A stretch of DNA of 16,415 nucleotides, from the IMG/VR virus record IMGVR_UViG_2690316243_000005. One strand, written 5' to 3'. Both the position numbers and the translations under genes were made by a program. Within the stretch, counting starts at the first letter, position 1; each line of letters opens with the position of its first letter. The DNA comes from a virus. Taxonomy: Duplodnaviria; Heunggongvirae; Uroviricota; Caudoviricetes. This document shows positions 7,990 through 14,630 of the stretch, piece by piece. Under the pieces are notes generated by a model. The model was not told the DNA's origin. It saw nothing but the letters and a program-made list of their open reading frames with translations, and searched no databases.

Positions 7990-10900
7990 ATGGGAAAAGG
8001 TGGCGGTAAGGCACACACGCCTCGTGAGGCGAAGGATAATCTCAAATCCACGCAGATGATGAGCGTGATTGATGCGATTGGTGAGGGACTGATAGAAGGT
8101 CCGGTGAAGGGACTGCAGAGTATCCTGGTGAACAAAACCCCGCTGACGGACACGGACGGTAATCCCGTGATACACGGTGTGACGGCGGTCTGACGCGCCG
8201 GGGAGCAGGAGCAGACACCACCGGAAGGCTTTGAGTCCTCCGGTGCTGAAACCGGACTGGGCGTGGAAGTGACGAAGGCAAAACCGGTGACGCGCACCAT
8301 TACGTCCGCGAACATTGACCGCCTGCGGGTTACCTTCGGGGTGCAGTCACTGGTGCAGACCACGTCAAAGGGTGACCGAAACCCGACATCCGTCCGCCTG
8401 CTGATTCAGTTACAGCGTAACGGTAACTGGGTGACAGAAAAGGATGTCACCATTAACGGCAAGACCACCTCGCAGTTTCTGGCGTCGGTGATTCTGGATA
8501 ATCTGCCTCCCCGTCCTTTTAACATCCGGATGGTCCGGGAGACAGCGGACAGCACCACGGACCAGCTGCAGAATAAGACGCTGTGGTCGTCATACACCGA
8601 AATCATCGATGTGAAACAGTGCTACCCGAACACGGCCATTGTGGGGCTGCAGGTGGATGCGGAGCAGTTCGGCGGCCAGCAGATGACGGTGAACTACCAT
8701 ATCCGCGGTCGCATCATCCAGGTGCCGTCAAACTATGACCCGGAAAAACGCACGTACAGTGGTATCTGGGACGGCAGCCTGAAACCGGCATACAGCAACA
8801 ATCCGGCCTGGTGTCTGTGGGACATGCTGACTCACCCGCGCTACGGCATGGGAAAACGTCTGGGGGCGGCGGATGTGGACAAGTGGGCGCTGTATGCCAT
8901 CGGGCAGTACTGCGACCAGACGGTCCCGGATGGTTTCGGGGAGACCGAGCCGCGGATGACCTTCAATGCGTACCTGGCACAACAGCGTAAGGCATGGGAC
9001 GTGCTCAGTGATTTCTGCTCGGCGATGCGCTGTATGCCGGTATGGAACGGCCAGACGCTGACGTTTGTTCAGGACCGCCCGTCGGATGTGGTGTGGCCGT
9101 ACACCAACAGCGATGTGGTGGTGGATGATAACGGCGTGGGTTTCCGCTACAGCTTCAGTGCCCTGAAGGACCGGCACACGGCGGTGGAGGTGAATTATAC
9201 CGACCCGCAGAACGGCTGGCAGACCTCCACGGAACTGGTGGAAGACCCGGAAGCCATACTGCGCTACGGACGCAACCTGCTGAAGATGGACGCGTTCGGC
9301 TGTACCAGCCGCGGTCAGGCCCACCGTGCCGGACTGTGGGTGATAAAGACCGAACTGCTGGAAACGCAGACGGTGGATTTCACGCTCGGGTCTCAGGGGC
9401 TGCGGCACACACCCGGTGACATCATTGAAATCTGTGATAACGACTATGCCGGGACCCTGACCGGCGGACGTGTCCTGTCCATTGATGCTGCCACCCGCAC
9501 TCTGACGCTGGACCGTGAAGTGACACTTCCGGAGACCGGTGCCGCCACGGTGAACCTGATTAACGGCAGCGGTAAGCCGGTGAGTGTGGACATCACCGAA
9601 CACCCCGCGCCGGACCGGATACAGGTCAGTACCCTGCCTGATGGTGTGGAGACATACGGGGTGTGGGGACTCTCCCTGCCGTCACTGCGCCGTCGCCTGT
9701 TCCGCTGTGTCTCCGTCCGGGAAAACACGGACGGCACCTTTGCCATCACGGCGGTGCAGCACGTACTGGAAAAAGAAGCCATCGTGGATAACGGTGCCCG
9801 CTTTGAGCCGCAGTCAGGTTCCCTGAACAGCGTCATCCCACCGGCAGTGCAGCACCTGACGGCCAGTATCTGGCGCAGGCGAAATGGGACACGCCGCGGG
9901 TGGTGAAGGGTGTGCGCTTCAGTCTGCGCCTGACCAGTGGTAAGGGAACGGATGCCAGACTGGTGACCACCGCCATCACCGCAGACACGGAGCACCGTTT
10001 CAGCGGCCTGCCGCTCGGGGAATACACCCTGACGGTGCGGGCGATAAACAGCTATGGCCAGCAGGGTGAACCTGCCACCACCACCTTCCGGATTGCCGCA
10101 CCGGCAGCACCGTCGCGGATTGAGCTGACGCCGGGCTATTTTCAGATAACCGCAACGCCGCATCTTGCCGTTTATGACCCGACGGTACAGTTTGAGTTCT
10201 GGTTCTCGGAAAAGCGGATTGCGGATATCAGGCAGGTTGAAACCAGCGCCCGCTATCTTGGCACGGCGCTGTACTGGATAGCCGCCAGTATCAATATCAG
10301 GCCGGGCCATGATTATTATTTTTACGTTCGCAGTGTGAACACCGTTGGCAAATCGGCATTCGTGGAGGCTGTCGGTCGGGCGAGCGATGATGCGGAAGGT
10401 TACCTGGATTTTTTCAAAGGAGAGATAGGGAAAACACATCTGGCTCAGGAGCTGTGGACGCAGATTGATAACGGTCAGCTTGCGCCTGACCTGGCTGAAA
10501 TCAGGACGTCCATTACGGATGTCAGCAATGAAATCACGCAGACTGTCAATAAGAAACTGAAAGACCAGAGTGCGGCAATCCAGCAGATACAGAAGGTTCA
10601 GGTTGATACAAATAATAATCTGAACAGCATGTGGGCTGTGAAGCTGCAACAGATGAAGGACGGACGCCTTTATATTGCGGGTATCGGTGCCGGTATTGAG
10701 AATACGCCAGCAGGAATGCAGAGTCAGGTGCTGCTGGCGGCAGACAGGATTGCGATGATTAATCCTGCGAATGGCAACACAAAGCCGATGTTTGTTGGTC
10801 AGGGCGATCAGATATTCATGAACGACGTGTTCCTGAAACGCCTGACGGCTCCCACCATTACCAGCGGCGGTAATCCTCCGGCATTTTCCCTGACACCTGG

Positions 10901-11441
10901 CGGACGGCTGACGGCGAAAAATGCCGATATCAGCGGTAACGTGAACGCGAACTCCGGGACGCTCAACAACGTCACGATTAATAAGAACTGTCGGGTTCTG
11001 GGAAAATTGTCCGCGAACCAGATTGAAGGCGATCTCGTTAAAACAGTGGGCAAACCTTTCCCACGGGACTCCCGGGCACCGGAGAGGTGGCCATCAGGGA
11101 CCATTACCGTCAGGGTTTATGACGATCAGCCGTTTGATCGGCAAATTGTTATTCCCGCGGTGGCGTTTCGCGGTGCTAAACATGAGTGGAAGAATAACAA
11201 TATTTATTCGTCATGCCGCCTGATAGTGAAGAAAAACGGTGCTGAAATTTATAACCGAACGACCCTGGATAATACGCTGATATATACGGGTGTTATTGAT
11301 ATGCCTGCCGGTCACGGTCACATGACGCTGGAGTTTTCTGTATCGGCATGGCTGGTAAATGGCTGGTATCCCACAGCAAGTATCAGCGATTTGCTGGTTG
11401 TGGTGATGAAGAAAGCCACTGCAGGCATCACGATTAGCTGA
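7990..11441 (+). pseudogene. J: Central tail fiber / host-specificity protein J, disrupted by an in-frame opal codon and a frame switch
   Basis: Three ORF-track pieces (7990..8193, 8263..9906 both frame 1; 9900..11441 frame 0) read as contiguous J-like protein, total ~1150 codons (lambda J 1132 aa). TGA at 8191-8193 sits inside conserved GVT.V-x-RAGEQEQTPPEGFESSG; frame changes near 9864. Confidence 0.85.
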
Positions 11442-11460
11442 ATTTTATAACCCAGATACG

Positions 11461-11484
11461 GGCACCAGAAATGGTGCCTTTTTT
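11461..11484 (+). terminator. Rho-independent terminator after J (copy 1)
   Basis: ggcacc / agaaat loop / ggtgcc followed by TTTTTT; the lom RBS follows. Confidence 0.6.
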
Positions 11485-11508
11485 ATTGCAGAAAAGCGAG
11501 AGGTAATT

Positions 11509-11553
11509 ATGCGTAAAGTTTGTGCAGCCATTTTGTCCGCAGCCATCTGTCTG
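11509..11553 (+). pseudogene. lom: lom 5' stub (first 15 codons, MRKVCAAILSAAICL) fused to the second J 3' copy
   Basis: Identical to the first 45 nt of lom at 12444 and 13880, with the same RBS gagagg; continues out of frame into J-derived sequence and stops at 11632-11634. Confidence 0.65.
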
Positions 11554-11563
11554 ACTGAACAGC

Positions 11564-12376
11564 ATGTGGGCTGTGAAGCTGCAACAGATGAAGGACGGAC
11601 GCCTTTATATTGCGGGTATCGGTGCCGGTATTGAGAATACGCCAGCAGGAATGCAGAGTCAGGTGCTGCTGGCGGCAGACAGGATTGCGATGATTAATCC
11701 TGCGAATGGCAACACAAAGCCGATGTTTGTTGGTCAGGGCGATCAGATATTCATGAACGACGTGTTCCTGAAACGCCTGACGGCTCCCACCATTACCAGC
11801 GGCGGTAATCCTCCGGCATTTTCCCTGACACCGGACGGAAAACTGACCGCTAAAAATGCAGATATCAGTGGCAGTGTGAATGCGAACGCCGGGACGCTCA
11901 ACAATGTCACAATTAATGAGAACTGTCAGATTAAGGGGAAACTGTCAGCCAACCAGATTGAAGGCGATATAGTCAAAACAGTGGGTAAGGCTTTTCCGCG
12001 GGACTCCCGGGCACCGGAGCGGTGGCCATCAGGGACCATTACCGTCAGGATTTATGACGATCAGCCTTTTGACAGGCAAATTGTTATTCCGGCGGTGGCA
12101 TTCAGCGGCGCTAAACATGAGCGGGAGAATAACGATATTTATTCGTCATGCCGCCTGATAGTACGGAAAAACGGTGCTGAAATTTATAACCGTACCGCGC
12201 TGGATAATACGCTGATTTACAGTGGTGTTATTGATATGCCAGCTGGTCGCGGCCACATGACGCTGGAGTTTTCGGTGTCAGCATGGCTGGTGAATAACTG
12301 GTATCCCACAGCAAGTATCAGCGATTTGCTGGTTGTGGTGATGAAGAAAGCCACCGCAGGCATCAGTATCAGCTGA
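11564..12376 (+). pseudogene. J: Orphan second copy of the J C-terminal (receptor-binding) region, 270 codons, no J upstream and no obvious RBS
   Basis: Track ORF 11564..12376 parallels the last 270 aa of J copy 1: first ~90 aa identical, then ~20 substitutions. Starts at an internal Met of J. Confidence 0.7.
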
Positions 12377-12395
12377 ATTTTATAACCCATATACG

Positions 12396-12419
12396 GGCGC
12401 CAGAAATGGCGCCTTTTTT
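12396..12419 (+). terminator. Rho-independent terminator after the orphan J 3' copy
   Basis: ggcgcc / agaaat / ggcgcc plus TTTTTT; differs from copy 1 by a compensatory pair in the stem. Confidence 0.6.
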
Positions 12420-12443
12420 ATTGCAGAAAAGCGAGAGGTAATT

Positions 12444-13043
12444 ATGCGTAAAGTTTGTGCAGCCATTTTGTCCGCAGCCATCTGTCTGGCCTTATCCGGT
12501 GCGCCTGCATGGGCGTCTGAACATCAGTCCACGCTGAGCGCCGGGTATCTTCAGACCCATACTGATATGCCAGGCAGCGATGACCTGAAGGGCATTAACG
12601 TGAAATACCGTTATGAGTTTACGGACACGCTGGGGCTGATTACGTCATTCAGTTATGCCAACGCTGAAGATGAGCAAAAAACGCATTACAGCGATACCCG
12701 CTGGCATGAGGATTCCGTGCGTAACCGCTGGTTCAGCGTGATGGCGGGGCCGTCTGTGCGCGTGAATGAATGGTTCAGCGCGTATGCGATGGCGGGCGTG
12801 GCTTACAGCCGTGTGTCGACCTTCTCCGGGGATTATCTCCGCGTAACTGACAACAAGGGGAAAACGCACGATGTGCTGACCGGAAGTGATGACGGTCGCC
12901 ACAGCAACACGTCTCTGGCGTGGGGGGCTGGCGTGCAGTTTAACCCGACCGAATCCGTGGCCATTGACCTTGCTTATGAAGGTTCCGGCAGTGGTGACTG
13001 GCGCACTGACGGTTTCATCGTGGGTGTCGGTTATAAGTTCTGA
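12444..13043 (+). CDS. lom: Lom outer-membrane protein, copy 1 (Ail/Lom/OmpX-family beta-barrel)
   Basis: 199-aa ORF; signal peptide with AWA|SE cleavage site; C-terminal aromatic residue (..GYKF); matches recalled lambda Lom along its length; own RBS and flanking terminators. Confidence 0.9.
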   Translation: MRKVCAAILSAAICLALSGAPAWASEHQSTLSAGYLQTHTDMPGSDDLKGINVKYRYEFTDTLGLITSFSYANAEDEQKTHYSDTRWHEDSVRNRWFSVMAGPSVRVNEWFSAYAMAGVAYSRVSTFSGDYLRVTDNKGKTHDVLTGSDDGRHSNTSLAWGAGVQFNPTESVAIDLAYEGSGSGDWRTDGFIVGVGYKF

Positions 13044-13070
13044 TTAGCCAGGTAACACAGTGTTATGACT

Positions 13071-13095
13071 GCCCGCTGGTTCAGGCGGGCTTTTT
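13071..13095 (+). terminator. Rho-independent terminator after lom copy 1
   Basis: gcccgc / 8-nt loop / gcgggc followed by TTTTT; resembles the lambda lom-stf intergenic arrangement. Confidence 0.6.
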
Positions 13096-13106
13096 GTGGG
13101 GTGAAT

Positions 13107-13418
13107 ATGGCAGTAAAGATTTCAGGTGTACTGAAAGATGGGGCGGGTAAACCTGTCGTAAATTGTGCGATTGAACTGCGGGCCAGAAGAACCAGTCCGA
13201 CCGTTGTGGCACACGTTGTTGCCACTTGCGTGACGGACAATAACGGTGCTTATGTGATTGAGGCTGAGCCGGGGTATTACGAGGTTGCGCTTCACTGTAA
13301 CGGCTGGCAGCCAACCCGTGTCGGGGATATTGATGTGGCACCGACTGATGCACCGGGGACACTGAACGCGTTTCTGAATGCACCAAAGGATGGTGATTTA
13401 CGTCCGGAGGTGATGAAG
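13107..13418 (+). pseudogene. stf: Side tail fiber N-terminal fragment, variant allele, truncated by the IS21 remnant
   Basis: MAVKISGVLKDGAGKPV.NC.I.L.ARR... parallels the start of the stf at 14631 but diverges after ~30 aa; the open frame runs into IS sequence and stops at 13433. Confidence 0.7.
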
Positions 13419-13736
13419 TGTCAGCGCCAGTGATATAAGACGGTAATTCGCCATTTGGATTGTCCGCTCCACCCAACATGTTGTTTCCTTAAGGTTCTCA
13501 CACCAGAAAGGACATCAACATGCTGAGCAGAGAGGACTTTTACATGATAAAGCAAATGCGCCAGCAGGGCGCGTACATCGTCGATATTGCGACTCAGATT
13601 GGTTGCTCTGAACGGACGGTCAGACGCTACCTCAAATACCCTGAACCGCCAGCCAGAAAGACCCGCCACAAAATGGTTAAGCTGAAACCGTTTATGGATT
13701 ACATCGACATGCGCCTGGCAGAGAATGTCTGGAAAA
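13419..13736 (+). mobile_element. IS21-family insertion sequence remnant (terminal repeat plus 5' end of istA, ~318 bp)
   Basis: Begins TGTCAG..., carries the N-terminal 72 aa of an IstA-type transposase; homology to the J 3' end resumes at 13737. Confidence 0.8.
13520..13735 (+). pseudogene. istA: Truncated IS21 transposase IstA (N-terminal helix-turn-helix region only)
   Basis: MLSREDFYMIKQMRQQGAYIVDIATQIGCSERTVRRYLKYPEPPARKTRHKMVKLKPFMDYIDMRLAENVW matches the recalled IS21 IstA N-terminus; the following 14 residues are J-derived out-of-frame sequence. Confidence 0.8.
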
Positions 13737-13812
13737 GTATCCCACAGCAAGTATCAGCGATTTGCTGGTTGTGGTGATGAAGAAAGCCACCGCAGGCATC
13801 AGTATCAGCTGA
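13737..13812 (+). pseudogene. J: Third copy of the extreme J 3' end (last ~24 codons plus stop)
   Basis: [24 protein letters not shown] matches copy 2 (ISIS ending, not ITIS of copy 1); offset 1436 from copy 2. Confidence 0.7.
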
Positions 13813-13831
13813 ATTTTATAACCCATATACG

Positions 13832-13855
13832 GGCGCCAGAAATGGCGCCTTTTTT
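13832..13855 (+). terminator. Rho-independent terminator before lom copy 2
   Basis: Same ggcgcc / agaaat / ggcgcc + TTTTTT hairpin as at 12396-12419. Confidence 0.6.
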
Positions 13856-13879
13856 ATTGCAGAAAAGCGAGAGGTAATT

Positions 13880-14479
13880 ATGCGTAAAGTTTGTGCAGCC
13901 ATTTTGTCCGCAGCCATCTGTCTGTCCGTATCCGGTGCGCCTGCATGGGCGTCTGAACATCAGTCCACACTGAGCGCGGGGTATCTTCATGCCCGTACGA
14001 ACGCTCCCGGCAGCGATAATCTGAACGGGATTAACGTGAAATACCGTTATGAGTTTACGGACGCGCTGGGGCTGATTACGTCCTTCAGTTATGCCAATGC
14101 TGAGGATGAGCAAAAAACGCACTACAGCGATACCCGCTGGCATGAAGATTCCGTGCGTAACCGCTGGTTCAGCGTGATGGCGGGGCCGTCTGTACGCGTG
14201 AATGAATGGTTCAGCGCGTATGCGATGGTGGGTGTGGCTTACAGCCGTGTGTCGACTTTCTCCGGGGATTATCTCCGCGTAACTGACAACAAGGGGAAAA
14301 CGCACGATGTGCTGACCGGAAGTGATGACGGTCGCCACAGCAACACGTCTCTGGCGTGGGGGGCTGGCGTGCAGTTTAACCCGACCGAATCCGTGACCAT
14401 TGACCTTGCTTATGAAGGTTCCGGTAGTGGTGACTGGCGAACGGATGCATTTATTGTTGGTATCGGATACCGTATCTGA
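13880..14479 (+). CDS. lom: Lom outer-membrane protein, copy 2 (diverged paralog)
   Basis: 199-aa ORF with the same signal peptide and barrel signature; differs from copy 1 mainly in the signal peptide, residues ~36-49 and the C-terminus (GIGYRI). Confidence 0.9.
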   Translation: MRKVCAAILSAAICLSVSGAPAWASEHQSTLSAGYLHARTNAPGSDNLNGINVKYRYEFTDALGLITSFSYANAEDEQKTHYSDTRWHEDSVRNRWFSVMAGPSVRVNEWFSAYAMVGVAYSRVSTFSGDYLRVTDNKGKTHDVLTGSDDGRHSNTSLAWGAGVQFNPTESVTIDLAYEGSGSGDWRTDAFIVGIGYRI

Positions 14480-14584
14480 CAACAGACGCCGATTTATCTT
14501 CTGTAAATATTGTTATGATACGCAGGTTCATCCACCTTATGGGGTGAACTGCGTTTGAGGAAACGTAAAGTTACACTGTCCTGA

Positions 14585-14616
14585 AGCCCGTGGCGTCACT
14601 GCTGCGGGCTTTTTTT
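14585..14616 (+). terminator. Possible terminator between lom copy 2 and stf
   Basis: agcccg ... cgggct stem with a large 14-nt loop followed by a 7-T run; weaker than the other terminators. Confidence 0.35.
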
Positions 14617-14630
14617 ATTGGTGGAAAAGT

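Larger units (their letters stand above)
10620..11554 (+). repeat. Tandem direct repeat unit, copy 1 (~935 bp: J 3' end, J terminator, lom RBS and first 15 lom codons)
   Basis: Aligns to 11555-12489 at constant offset 935. The first ~270 bp appear identical by eye; the rest differs by scattered substitutions. Confidence 0.85.
11555..12489 (+). repeat. Tandem direct repeat unit, copy 2
   Basis: See copy 1; junction ...atctgtctg-a-ctgaacagc... joins lom codon 15 to J sequence. Confidence 0.85.
13737..14479 (+). repeat. Direct repeat of 12301-13043 (J 3' end, terminator, lom), offset 1436
   Basis: The J end and intergenic terminator match the copy at 12301-12443; the lom portions are diverged paralogs. 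Confidence 0.8.

Noticed and set aside
7668-8014. ORFs in the I-J insert: 7668..8009 (+, 113 aa) and 7730..8014 (-, 94 aa)
   Set aside because: Both run through the strong hairpins and into the J start, with no RBS; the promoter/terminator geometry fits a non-coding transcript better.
9444-10649. 401-aa minus-strand ORF and an overlapping 291-aa one (8728..9603) inside J
   Set aside because: Antisense to J-like coding sequence; composition typical of antisense frames.
11564-12376. Treating the second J C-terminal copy as an independently expressed gene
   Set aside because: It starts at an internal J methionine with no Shine-Dalgarno sequence, and the upstream lom-stub frame terminates inside it; more likely a silent cassette. 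Kept as a finding, not called as a CDS.
12645-14482. Minus-strand ORFs antisense to the lom copies and the IS21/stf' region (12645..12902, 13081..13479, 13421..13750, 13805..14482)
   Set aside because: Antisense to well-supported features; 12645..12902 and 13805..14482 are the same artefact repeated because lom is duplicated.
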